The translations under genes and the position numbers were made by a program. Shown here piece after piece: positions 11,690 through 25,287 of a stretch of DNA of 64,000 nt (position 1 is its first letter; each line of letters begins with the position of its first letter). The notes under the pieces are model-generated. The model saw only the letters and a program-made list of their open reading frames with translations. It had not been told where the DNA came from and did not search any database. The DNA comes from Octopus sinensis. Taxonomy: Eukaryota. The stretch lies in contig NC_043012.1 in the NCBI RefSeq assembly GCF_006345805.1, positions 53,692,001 to 53,756,000 of the forward strand. Direction: 5' to 3'.

Positions 11690-12045
11690 AATTCAGACCG
11701 CCTCATGGCCTTAGCAGACAAAATGAAGAGAACGAGGGAGATACACTGAGACGGATACTTGAACTCATGAGTCTCGCAATTGCGGATAACCATCTCTGCC
11801 CCGATAGCAGTGAGCAAGGATACGGTCCGGGGGCCGAGAACGCCGGAGGTCTCCACTATCAGAGGCTCGACTATAAGCTTCTCAGAGAGTGACCGATACT
11901 TTGAGAGTTTACCTTTCTCAGCCTGACGAGCCAAGGAGCCTGGGTTGGTAGCCGAACACACCAAATTGCCGGTGGAGAAGATATCACACCGTCTGGCATC
12001 CCAGATGTAGGGTCTACCATAACAGAGCAGGAAATTTGTCATACC
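11690..12045 (-). mobile_element. Fragment of a restriction-like-endonuclease (RLE) non-LTR retrotransposon, CRE/R2-group type
   Basis: Translation GRPYIWD...ARQAEKGKLSKY..L...VEPLIVETSGVLGP...SQCISL fits the WD / AE..K..KY / P..VET.G..G / QR.S RLE signature. Confidence 0.8.
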
Positions 12046-14699
12046 AAGCAGGTTGACTCGTCTATATTTCTATCATTTCGATAGAACCTCCTAACCTGTT
12101 ACATATAGCAAGCAAATCAACTTACATCTATACTCTACCGAGTTAAATGAAACCAGATATATTGTATAATGAATGCCTTTTAACATAGTTCTTCTCGATC
12201 AAAGCTAACATGTGACTAAACAGCTACAACTCTCATTTATGTCCAAGTAATTAGGTTGACCGCCGGCAGGATTTGAGCTTAAACCTAAGAAGTATTAAAG
12301 ATAATTTAGTAATCCATTAAATTAGCTTGACCAAAACCTGATACGAAAATTTCATTTATTGACAACAGAAGACACTAGACCAGTAATTTGAGGAAAGCAA
12401 TTAATCAAATGAATTGATTACCCCATCTCCGAAGAATGAAAGGCAAAAGCTACTGGGACTTGAACATTTCGTACATCGCTCCAACGCGTCTGGCAAAGTT
12501 CTTCCCAACTGGTGGAAGCAATGACATTGCTCATTTACAGTACATCGACGCAGAAGAGACGATAAATTGTTTCAGCAAAAGGCTTGTTACAATCTGGGCT
12601 CAAATGGTGCCAAAGTTCATTTTATCGACTTATTCAAATAAACCCAATGCTAGCATTGTTAGAAATCAATATTAATGGTCACTTAACTATTTCTGAATAG
12701 TTATTTAATGAATATTTATATTGTCGTGTTGGTAGGTTTGCTACAGCGTTGGATAGAACAATTTGCAGTATTTGTTTTGCTCTCGGCTTTGTGAATTCTA
12801 ATCGTACCTGGTTTAACTTTGCCTTTCATCCTTTCTGGGTCGATACATATTCATCAAGCGCGACGGCTGGGCAGAGTGTTAGAACGTATGTCGTTATGCC
12901 TTGAGGCATTTTTATGCATGTATGTGTTTGTAACGCTTGACAACCACTTTAGGTATGTTTACCTCCTCCTAACTTAGCTATTCGACAAATGACGCTGATT
13001 GAATAAGTGCCAAGCTTTAATCAAAAATGAATATTGGGGCCGATTCATTCGACTAAATATTCTTGAAGGCCGTGCCGCAGTATGGCTGCATTCTCTTGAA
13101 TGAAATATGTAAAAGATATTTATCAATGTCTGAATGAATTTGTACTGATCGAGTATATACAAATCATAGATCAATAGTTTCAAATAACTGATCTTTTGCA
13201 GATGGAGACCTCTCTACTTTTCTTTGATAGAAGGTCTACTAATCATAAATCGATGGTTCCAGCTCTGTTATTTAGTTAAAATATTCTGGGAATAATTGAT
13301 GAAATTCATTTTTTCTTCCGGCGTATATACTCTAGCTTTTCATACTTTGTTTTCTCTGAGAAAGAAACGTTTAGTATTAGTTATTGCCTCAAAATCAAAC
13401 CACTTTTCTTTCCTTTCAGATGAAGGATGAGACTCGGAACATTAAACTGTTCATTTCTCTCTGAAATGGATTTTTCCAATCTTAAACGTTTCCTATTGAT
13501 CGATCTTTGCCAATGGAGATCATCTCTACTTTCTTTTGATTCCTCATTTTAATCTACATACTTCAATCAACTTAGAGGTTGCTAGATTTTGTTACAAGAC
13601 CTGGTAAATCTTATTAGCGGTGGATGTTCGTATCCAGGGAAGATGTATTTATTTGTTAACTTCTTTCCTTACACAAGTACCTGAAGCACAGATAAAAGTA
13701 GAATCGTGGATGGTCTGGGTAGACTTAAGCGATTTTTCAATCATTACAAATAAAAATTCTGACGGAGAATCTCTTTTTCTATATTCTGATACTTTAATTT
13801 AATTTAATTACGTTTCAATGAGAAACTGCACAATAAAAAACCGAGCACACTGTTCAACTCAGTAACCGCACCGCACACCATTATGCACACTCCCATACGC
13901 ATTCACATGCACGTGCATTCACACAGATCTTCTCACTCCACACACAGTAGCACCCAATACCTCAAACCCCTAACACTCGCTACCCGTATCCCATCACGCA
14001 CCTCCATCGATTCCCCAACCACACACAGTGTTCACTCCTAAAATCATATACAATACGCATGCACACAACACGCCTGAACATACACAATATACACCCGCAC
14101 ACAACACGCATAAATACATACAACTTATGCATATAAACATACACAACACACACATACACAATAGGGACACACAGACACACTTGAAGGAACTGGTACTTCC
14201 TTCATGCACTAACACATATGAACACGCATACACATACACACATAGATAAGCTACTCAACAAGCACACATTAACTGTTACACACAATCGTTTGCACACACA
14301 CACACGATAACCTCACACACATATACATACGTCCATACGAATACATACACACACAGATACACGAAACGCACGTCACTCCACACAATGCACTCAATACACA
14401 TACACACATAATGCACAATATATACACACACGCTCCCGTACGCACAATCAGACCCACATAACTTTAAGCTCGCCCTCACATTCACACGTGCTTGCCCCTA
14501 TTCATACATATACACTCACACACACCATTCTTTCATACACACTCTCACTTGCGCACCATAGTTCAATCGGGTCAGCGTTATTATCTCCCTTCACGTCAGT
14601 CTTTTACTTCCGGTCATTCCATTATGTTGAATCGTTAATCCCTACAGATTTTTTTCTCACTTCGTTTTTTTCGTTTACTCTATTTTTTCTTTCTCTTAG

Positions 14700-14899
14700 C
14701 TTTCTGTTGAAGAACGTAGGCTCGAAACGTCAAATACTTTTTAATTCTTCTTGTTGTTCTATCACCTGCCTTTCTCTGTTGTTTTCTGTAAATTTCAACT
14801 CACGCCAGGATAGATCGTTAGCCACTACACACATTTTTTTCTCTCCTTGTTTTTTGTGTGTCCCTTTCTGTAGAAGAGCGTAGGCTCGAAACGTAAAAG
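14700..14899 (+). ncRNA. Tandem pair of variant minimal type-I hammerhead motifs (14700-14733, 14864-14899) in a Penelope-like repeat
   Basis: CTTT-CTGT(T/A)GA-A-GA(A/G)C GTAG GCTC-GAAACGT(C/A)-AAA(T/G): helix I CTTT/AAAG, helix II GAGC/GCTC, palindromic ACGT helix III. Confidence 0.55.
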
Positions 14900-15167
14900 A
14901 CTTTTTCTATTCCTGAGCGTTATACTAATACATCTGTTTGTTTTGTACACCACCTGTCTTCGTCTTTTGTTTTTTTAGTAAATTATCCCTGTATATATAT
15001 GTGTGTGTGTGTGAGTGTGTGATGCGCGCGTGTGTGTGTGTATGTAGGTATGTATATACATACACACACACATATTTATATATTTATTTATACGTGCGCA
15101 AGGAAACTTATATGCGTATGCAAACACGCAATCAAGCACTCATACACATGCACACACACTCACACAC

Positions 15168-15702
15168 GGAGAAGGAGAAAGAGAGAGAGAAGAAGAAGCA
15201 GCAGTGAGAGAGAGAGAAGAAGAAGAAGAAGAGAGAGAAGAGAGAGAGAGAGAGAAGAAGAAGAGAAGAAGAGGAGGGCAGGAGAGGGAGAAGAGAGAAG
15301 AAGAAGAAGAGAGAGAGAAGAAAGAAGGAGAAAGAAAGAAGAAGAAGAGAGAGAGGAGAGAAGGACGAAGAAAAGGAGAGAGAGAGAAGAAGAAGAAGAA
15401 GATAGAAGAAGAAGAGAGAGAGAGAGAGAAAGAAAGACGAGGAGAGAGAGAGAAAGACGAAAGAAGAAGAAGAGAGGAGGAGAGAGAGGAAGAAGAAGAA
15501 GAGGAGAGAGAGAGAGAGGAGAGATGAGAAGAATGAAGAAGAGAGAGGAGAGAAGAAGAAGAGAAGATGAGAGAGGAAGAAGAGAGAGAGAGAAGAAGAA
15601 GAAGAGAGAGAGAGAAGAAGAAGAAGAGAGAGAGAGAAGAAGAAGAAGAGAGAGAGAGAAGAAGAAGAAGAGAGAGAGAGAAGAAGAAGAAGAGAGAGAG
15701 AG
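15168..15702. repeat. GA-rich polypurine low-complexity tract
   Basis: Mixed (GA)n/(GAA)n. Confidence 0.95.
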
Positions 15703-16366
15703 ATACAGAGTATATACACAGACACATCTAAACGCTCACGCAGTTATGCAGGCAAATTATCTCTGCGCACCACACGACATCTGAGACACTGCGACGCACA
15801 CATATTCTCCACGCAGGCACATATTCCATGACACACACTCACGCACACACATGCACACACCACACACACACGTACACATACACAAGAGGGCCTAATGATG
15901 CCGTTATAAAACAAAGACGCCCAGATCCTGATGTAGTTTAGAATTACTAACCCTTTTAGAATCAGGCCACTTTTCGGGTTTCCTTCCTTTATTTTTTAAT
16001 ATTTATACAGATATCTTTTAAAGTTTTTCGCGGTGTGTTTTCTCACTTCAACATAGCATTATGTCACGCCATTTCAAACAGGAATCACTTCATGCATCTT
16101 CAAAAACTAATGATGGTAATGAATATAATTTTGTTTTTCCTTTTTATCATAGGCTCAAGTCCTGAAATCGGGGAAAGAGAACAGGTCAATCACATCGCCC
16201 CCAGTGTTCAAATGGGATCTATTTCATTCACACGATTGATTAGAAGGCAAAGACGACTTCGGCAGAATATGAGCACAAAACTTGAAAATGGAAACATGAT
16301 AATAATGTTGATGTTTAGACGGAGGACAGGGATGAAGATACTACTACTACTACTACTACTACTTAC

Positions 16367-16430
<64 letters not shown>

Positions 16431-16431
<1 letters not shown>

Positions 16432-16991
16432 GCCCTGATGCAGTACCAGGCAGTGGCTCTCATGGCTTCTGATCTTAACTGATTGGAAGTGTTATCATGT
16501 ACATTGTTTTGTCTTGGTATAAAAGATGGGCTACAGCAAATATTCTGCTCAATACCACAGATTTGCTTGTCAGTTGTTTGACCTTAACCAGTCGAGCATG
16601 TCCCTTAGTGGCTGACGATATGTGCATCTCTGATCACGAGCAGAAGTAGTGGGGGAGCATCATAGCCATGTGTTGAGAGGGATTCTTTGGGGTTTGAATA
16701 GTTCACCTCTGGAAACATGGGTGTGGTTCTTTCAACATCCTTAACAACAACCTTATTCAGGGACCGTTTGAGCGGGATGGGCTACTCAACCTGAAGAAGA
16801 AAATTCTAACTGGGCCCCACCTGCAAGGTCATGTGCTGTTTATCTTGATATGAGATCACCATGTCGCGCACATATGGTTGTGATGCATGTGCCTGGTGTA
16901 CCTTTATCAGACGGGTAGTCATGATGGGTATATTGGGCTTCGTATATTTTACCCCAGTGTCACTTTTATGGCATGAACTGCTCTCTCACTC

Positions 16992-17052
<61 letters not shown>

Positions 17053-17607
17053 GCCCTGATGCAGTACCAGGCAGTGGCTCTCCTTGCTTCTGATCTTAAC
17101 TGATTGGAAGTGTTATCATGTACATTGTTTTGTCTTGGTATAAAAGATGGGCTACAGTAAATATTCTGCTCAGTACCACAGATTTGCTTGTCAGTTGTTT
17201 GACTTTAACCAGTTGAGCATGTCCCTTAGTGGCTGACGATTTGTGCATCTCTGATCAGGAGCAGAAGTAGTGGGGGAGCGTCATAGCCATGTGTTGATAG
17301 GGATTCTTTGGGGTTTGAATAATTCACCTCTGGAAACATGGGTGTTTCGCTCAACATCCTTAAACAACCCTTATTCAAGGACCTTTCGAGTGGGATGGGT
17401 TACTCGACCTGAAGAAAATTCTAACTGAGCCCCACCTGCAAGGTCATGTGCTGTTTATTTTGATATGAGATCACCATGTCGCGCACATATGTTTGTGATG
17501 CATGTGCCTAGTGTACCCTTATCAGACGGGTAGTCATGATGGGTATACTGGGCTTCGTATATTTTACCCCAGTGTCACTTTGATGGCATGCACTGCTCTC
17601 TCACTCA
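16431..17607 (+). mobile_element. Head-to-tail dimer (16431-16992, 17052-17607) of the ~560-bp (AAT)n-associated element
   Basis: Both run TGCCCTGATGCAGTACCAGGCAGTGGCTCTC ... CTGCTCTCTCACTCA, each flanked by (AAT)n; strand inferred from the (AAT)n tail. Confidence 0.92.
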
Positions 17608-18894
17608 ATAATAATAATAATAATAATAATAATAATTATAATAATAATGCGTGATTTAATGCCTATTTTGCTGCTCTATTTTGCACGTATGACAACCATC
17701 TCAATGACTGAAACACGTGCTTTCTCGTCAACACGTGCTTTCACACAGACAAAAAAAGTCCTCATGTTTAGCTTGTTACCATGGAAATAGGCATGAATGT
17801 ACCTGTGGCTTACGATTGGCTAAATTCACCCAAAATATTCAAACGTTATTTATTGATTTATCGCGAAAATGATTTTCATGGCATTCATTAGCACGTAAAC
17901 GTATATCTTTACACTGAATATGAAATCAATTCGAACAGAAATTGAAGTGGTTGAAAATTGGCAGCCAATCAGAAAAGATCCGTCATCTATGGTGGTGACT
18001 CTGATTCGGACTGGAAACTATTTTTACGTGGTTGAGCAATGTCTTTGAAATTGAAACGTCTTAGCATAGTGAGTGTGATTGATTGTGTGGTCTGTATGCT
18101 TTTTTGGCTATGTCAGAATCGAAGGCAGGAAGCTGAAATCAATAGCAAAAACTAAAATCAATGTCTACACAAGAGACATATGAGCTATGAGTGAACTTTG
18201 GCATCTCAATAATATATTGTCGGTTTATTATTTCTCACACACATGCAGGCACAAACGCATACACCTATACACAAACAAACAGAATACACTCACTCAAACG
18301 CTTATACATATACACACACGTGTGTGTGCATGTGTGTACATACATACATACATACATACATACATACATACATACATACATACATACATACATACGTACG
18401 TACATACGTACATTCGTATGCGCACATCTCATAAGGTGGCGAAGTCAAAGAATGCCCAGTCAATTAGAATAAAGAGATCAAAGATAAGTTTGAGAGAGAA
18501 TAATCGTTTAATCCATAACTGATAGACGGACAGAGTATAATTTGGTTCACCAATTGCTCTTTGGAACATCTGAAGTGTAAAAGATATGAAACAGTGGATC
18601 TCCATGATATGCGATGGTAATGCTATGACACACCTCCTCGTTTTAACCTAACAAGAAAATTTATGTAAAAAGTTAAAATAAATGCAAGTAACTGCATTTA
18701 CTATATATATATATATATATAATATATATATATAATATATATATATATAACAAAGTTAAAGTTTTTATTTTTCATCCCCTTCGAAAATTGCGCTTAAATG
18801 TGGTTTTGGTCGTTTTGACTGCTTCTTCTAGCGAGTAAAATTCCTGCTAAATGGTAGTTTCTTTTGTTTTTAAATGTACACTATTTTATATTGA

Positions 18895-18950
<56 letters not shown>

Positions 18951-19787
18951 CAAAATAGAAAATGGAGAAATACATCCAAATCAATTATCAACTACCGGAT
19001 AATACCTAATCACATAATTTATTAAACCACTACATATGAACATTAATGCCAAACATAAAAATAGTATGAAACAACGGCTAAACTATCATAGATATACTTT
19101 TAAAAATAAAAATAGGATGAATTCTATGGAGTTAAGTACGTATATTTGGAAACTCAAGAGTAAGAACATAGATTTTAAATTAAATTGGGAAATACTAACT
19201 TCTGCACCTGTATACAATGGTAGAAATAAAAAATGCTCTTTGTGTATCAATGAAATTTTCTTCATCATCAAAGCTGGCCTACCCATTATTAATAATATTA
19301 ACGAGCGGAATAATTTTGCCTTCAAAAATTAGCGTATACTTTCTCTAGATTTAAATAGCACCTAGTTTTTCTACCAGTAATTTGTTAACATTCCTCTATG
19401 TAGGATAGTGCTATTGGTCATTGTAATTTATAATTTATTATTTTGTATCTCCATATATATGTTCTATATTGATTATTATTATTTTTGTTCCGGCTTGAAA
19501 CATATATTGAAATATGCATGTATTTTGATATATACGTGATATTCTGATCTTCATGGAGTTTTCCACGGGTGTCGGGCGTATATGCGTATCATATCTTAGG
19601 GCGCTGGTTTGGGATTTTGTTATACTACAAATATGTAACAAGTGTGGGTCTATATTTAGTATACGTTGTTTATTTTGGATGAGCATATAAGCGTTTCCAT
19701 GTATTTTTTCCATGTATTTGTTTGGCAGTCTCTTATATATTAAGTTACCTTTGTACTCATCTTAATTTGTATTTTATTTTATTTATG

Positions 19788-19834
<47 letters not shown>

Positions 19835-20274
19835 TATTTATTTTTTTTAATTTATTTATTTATTTATTATTCATTTATTCTTATTTATTCTTATTTATTT
19901 TATTTATTTTATTTTTTGAGTAATAGCACTTATTAATTTATAATTAATTTATAATTAATTTACTTATATCTTAATTAATAGTAATTTCTGTAAACTTATT
20001 GTTTATATATTTATACGTCCTTTGGTGGACAAACATGTATTTTTGTAATTTCGTAAATATATGTGGATATGTCGAAATGTGTTCATATGTATATATATGT
20101 GTATGTATATTTTTATATGTATATATATATATATATTCATGGGTGGATATATGTGTATATGTTTTTCTTATACGTATGAGTACGTAAATACATATTCAAA
20201 TATGTATATATGTATATGTGAATGTTTGCAGATGCAGTGAATGCGAGTGTATATATGTTTATGGCTGTATGTGG

Positions 20275-20330
<56 letters not shown>

Positions 20331-21860
20331 TGATATAGTTTTCCCATGCCTGTGCTGGTTATTAGTGAAAGTTTGAATGGGAACACAGTCGAAATTGTGA
20401 CTATATGGCAGTTTCAGTAGCACGTTAAATTGTTTACCTAATATACGGTGTTACTTTAATTATGTATCTTATGATAATAACGTACATCGACTGGGTATAG
20501 ATGTCTGTGTGCTTGCATGTATGCATTTTTATGGATATATGTGAGTAGATTTGTATGTAAGCATGTGTGTGTGTGGGGGGGGCTGGTATCTCTTATGTTG
20601 TGGTTTGTCTGTGTATGTGTGTGTGGGCGCACGTTTGCAAGTGTGCGTGTGTGGGTGTTTCTTAACAAACCAACCGTAACGAAGACAATTGAAATTTAAA
20701 TTTATATGTACAAGCCAATCATATCTTAGCGTTCTATTCTTAACTATTTCTGAACGTAATACTGTATTTGTGTCACAGTTGAAATTATAGACTGCAATTG
20801 CATGTACATTTATACACCTGTGGAACTTAATATCATGTAAACCAAAATGCTTTTACTTTTCATTTTATATATATATGCAGATATTTAATGCTTTGCATGG
20901 TACTGTAGTACTATTGTTGTTCTTGTTTTTGCTATTATGTTGCTAACAGTGTGATCCATATATTGTTTTGCTAGTATTAGTGTTATTAATAATAATAATA
21001 ATGATATTAGTAGCAATAGTGGTAATGATATTAATATTAATATTAATATTAATATTAATGACATTTTGTAAATTAATATAATTTAATGTACTCTTGACTT
21101 TGTATATCTGCATTTGAGTATTAATATGTGTATGTTTGCTACATTGTAATATCATAATATTAAGTTGAAAAATTGTAACATTGAATATGGAACATATGTA
21201 TGTATATTGATTTATATTATTATGTATATGTATATATATATGTATAAGAGTATGAGTATATGCACTTATATGTATGTGTATATGATATATTATGGGTATG
21301 TACCCACACTTGTGTGGGTGTATATTTTTAATTTAGTTTGTATTTCATAATCTCCAAAGAGGCCTTGGGATATTTTGTAAGTGGCTCATTTATAACTTCA
21401 TATTAACCTATCACACATGGCTAATATGAGCAAAATGAGACACCCATATCTGCATGGCCGAAACAGCTGTAAGATGTAGGTTACATTTATATTTATTTTT
21501 ATTTATATTCTCTAATACATATTGTACTTATTGTATCATATTACTCCTTCATGTACACTGTTTTGTTCTATATTATTATGTTTGACCTTAATGTTCATAT
21601 GTAGTGGTTTAATAAATTACGTGATTAGGTATTATCCGGTAGTTGATAATTGATTTGGATGTATTTCTCCATTTTCTTATTTTGTATTATTAATTTGTGG
21701 TAAAACATTTTACCTTTGCCCATATAATACAGTAAATGAATTAATTGCATCGCAATTCTTAACATTTATGTATTAACTTTGTTGGGTACTTCACTAGCAG
21801 TATATTGGATATATGTTATCCCATAGAGGGTTGCATTTACAACCCCTATCTCAATTTGTA
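18951..21860 (+). mobile_element. 5'-truncated Penelope-like element: inverted segment + GIY-YIG C-terminus + long microsatellite-rich 3' region with hammerhead
   Basis: ORF 19036-19332 (KQRLNYHRYTFKN..SMELSTYIWKLK..WEIL..KKCSLCINE) is typical of the PLE GIY-YIG C-terminus; 18951-19046 is the reverse complement of 21588-21684. Confidence 0.8.
21350..21475 (+). ncRNA. Degenerate type-I hammerhead with a long helix II insert
   Basis: ATCT-CCAAAGA-GGCC..(~90 nt, GATAT/ATATC)..GGCC-GAAACAGCTGTA-AGAT; core deviates from CUGANGA. Confidence 0.55.
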
Positions 21861-21949
21861 TATATATTATTTATTGGAAATATGTAGTTTATTATAAATA
21901 TGTAAATTATATAAATCTTCTACAATGATTTGTTTTCATGCTGTCTTTA

Positions 21950-22422
<473 letters not shown>

Positions 22423-22563
22423 ATATATATATTTTTTCTCCTTCTTGAAACACATTGTGGCAGAAAATAATTTTTTGTTCTTTATACTCAGCTCAGTTTC
22501 CGAAAGAATCAACGTGAAAATTTGAACGTTTATTCCACTGACATAAACATGAGTTGCAGGCTG

Positions 22564-23006
22564 GGATCTTTTCGGTTTGAACGGCAGTTTTTTAAATAAT
22601 TTCCACGTAACTAAACACTTTTAAACTTCGTATACTGGTAGAATGTGTTTATAAAACATCTTTTTCTCTTGGCTTTATTGAGAAAATTCTATAGTGTGCA
22701 AGATATTTATTGTTTTTTTTCTTCAATTTCTGCAATTTCAACCAATCGATGATGTCTATTGAAGTGAAAACATTCTGTACCGTATGAAAATATCCCTCGT
22801 TTAAGAAACAGATTGGGTTTATTTACATTTGTGAAGAAAAAAAGATACCCTTCCCCCACCTCTAACCCTAACCCTAACTAACCCTAACTCTAACCCTAAC
22901 CCTGAAATAGATTGAAATGCAATAGATCGATCCTAGGGACATAATTATGAGTGACATTTTCATATGATACCGCTAGAAAAAACTGCCGTTCAAACCGAAA
23001 AGATCC
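22564..23006 (+). mobile_element. MITE with ~29-bp TIRs, 8-bp TSD (GCAGGCTG/GTAGGCTG) and internal (CCCTAA)n; Merlin-like
   Basis: GGATCTTTTCGGTTTGAACGGCAGTTTTT ... AAAAACTGCCGTTCAAACCGAAAAGATCC. Confidence 0.9.
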
Positions 23007-23741
23007 GTAGGCTGAGTTTTAAGGTTACTAAAGGGGGATTACTTTTTTTTTTTTCAATTATTTTTCTGACCCTCAATTTTTAACCCATACTCCGGGTGTA
23101 ATTAAGGGAAATAACAGTGTAATATATTCATAATAGAGTTACGTCCCTGTGAAACCGTAACTAGACTTCAGCCCGTGTTAAGTTTATCAAAATTAGGCCA
23201 CAGAAACTGAAGTCAACGTTGCCTGACACAACACAGATGCCAAGTACGCAAGGGGAATAAGGAAGCTGAGTTGACAACTAAACAACACAAAGTTGGATAC
23301 ATAACTACAGACCCGAACTTCTGCACATAGAAGAAGAGATATAAGTACTTTGAGATATTTTAGAAAATAAGAACACATAAGAAATAAGAACTAGTGAAAT
23401 GTCAGAGTAAACAACCAAAACTTGCTCAATAGATACGAGTTGATATTTTTGTTTTTCATCCAGAAAAGTAAATAACTAAGTTCTAGGAATATAGAACTGG
23501 ATGCTATTCGTTACACCACTTACACCAGAATTTAAAATTCCACAGCTGGGAATTAGTAATAAGCAACGTTTAATAATAGTAATGTGTAATAATCGTTAAG
23601 CATATGTAGAAATGTAGACAAACCGGCCTGGATTTTTTTTGTTACGATGTGCCACGTTCCGAGTTCAAATGATGTTAGGATCAACTTGTTTTCGTTTTTC
23701 TTTTTCTTATGTTGTTATAGTATGTATTCCTTCAGTTTTAT

Positions 23742-24157
23742 GTATCTTTTCGGTTTGAACGGCAGTTTTTTCTAGCGGTGTCATATGAAATTTTCACCCA
23801 TAATTATGACCCTAGTATCGATCTATTGCATTTCAATCTCTTTTAGGGTTACGGTTAGGGGTGGGGGGAAGGGTATCTTTTTTTCTTCACAAATGTAAAT
23901 AAACCCAATCTGTTTCTTAAACGAGGGACATATTCATACGGCACATAATGTTTTTACCTCAATAGACGTCATTGATTGTTGAAATTGCAGAAATTGAAGA
24001 AAAACAACAACAAATATCTTACAAACTATAGAATTTTCTCAATAAAGCCAAGAGAAAAAGATGTTTTATAAACACATTCTACCAGTATACGAAGTTTAAA
24101 AGTGTTTAGTTGCGTGGAAATTATTTTAAAAAACTGCCGTTCAAACCGAAAAGATCC
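23742..24157 (-). mobile_element. Same MITE, inverted, flanked by a 19-bp duplication
   Basis: TIRs present; TGTATTCCTTCAGTTTTAT at 23723-23741 and 24158-24176. Confidence 0.9.
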
Positions 24158-24369
24158 TGTATTCCTTCAGTTTTATATATATATTTATTAGAATTCTTCC
24201 TAGAAGAAGGGAGCTGGTTTTCAAAAGAGAAACTGAAGCTCCCTTATCACATGTTTGATAACAACACTGATAATTATAATTTGTCCGAACTTCTAAAGTC
24301 TTTCATAATTTTACCTTTCTACTCAATGACCCTATCTGTGTATGAATCAGTAAAATGCCTGTATGTATA

Positions 24370-24568
24370 GGCACAGGTGTGAGTGTGTGGTAAGAAGCAT
24401 GCTTCCTAGTCACATGGTCGACGGTTCAGTCCCACTGCATGGCACCTTGGGCGAGTGTCTTCTACTATAGCCTCGGGCCGACCAAATCCTCGTCAGAGGA
24501 TTTGGTAGAAAGAAACTGAAAGAAGCCCGTCGTTTATATGTGTGAGTGTGTTTGTGTGTGTGTTTATG

Positions 24569-24632
<64 letters not shown>

Positions 24633-24860
24633 AGTGTGTGTGTTTACGTGTGTGTGTCTGTGCTTGTTCTCCACTACCGCTTGACAACCAGCGTTGGTGT
24701 GTTTGCATCCCTGTGACCTAGCGGTTCGGCATAAGAGACCGAAAAGCCATGCTCTAAACATAAGTACCGGGGTCGATTCACTCGACTAAAAATTCTTAGC
24801 GATGCTCCCGCATGGCCGCAGTCTAGTGATTGAAACCAATAAAAGATTAAAAGATAAAAG
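24370..24860 (+). mobile_element. SINE family 1
   Basis: A/B boxes, (TG)n, tail. Confidence 0.85.
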
Positions 24861-25287
24861 ATGTATGTATGTATATATGTGTGTGTGTATGTATGTATAT
24901 GTATGTGTGTATGTGTTTATATGTATGTGTGTGTATGTGTGTGTGGTATATGTATACACACGCACACACACATGTAATGAAACACTCCAACGTTGTTGCT
25001 TACTTAGGAAATTTATGCGTAGGTGTGGCTGTGTGGTAAGTAGCTTGCTTACCTCTGTCGTGGATAGACGTTTTTTTTTTTTTTTTTTTGGCAGTGAGTC
25101 AAACGTTTTGTTGAAGGTTGGATAATTTTTCTGTTGGAATTGTTGTTTATTGTTGAATATTTTCGAACTGCTGATCATTGTCGAACTTTTAAACTTTGAA
25201 AACTGTTGTGCTTTTCCCCGGTGACGGGAGAAAGTAATTGTTGAAATATTGAACTTATTAATATTATTAATATTGAACTTATTAAAG

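Noticed and set aside
15032-15784. 250-aa E/R/K-rich ORF and its antisense S/L/F ORFs
   Set aside because: Translation of a (GA)/(GAA) tract; no splice or domain evidence.
22855-22903. (CCCTAA)n as a chromosome end or fusion scar
   Set aside because: Internal to a MITE and repeated in all four copies.
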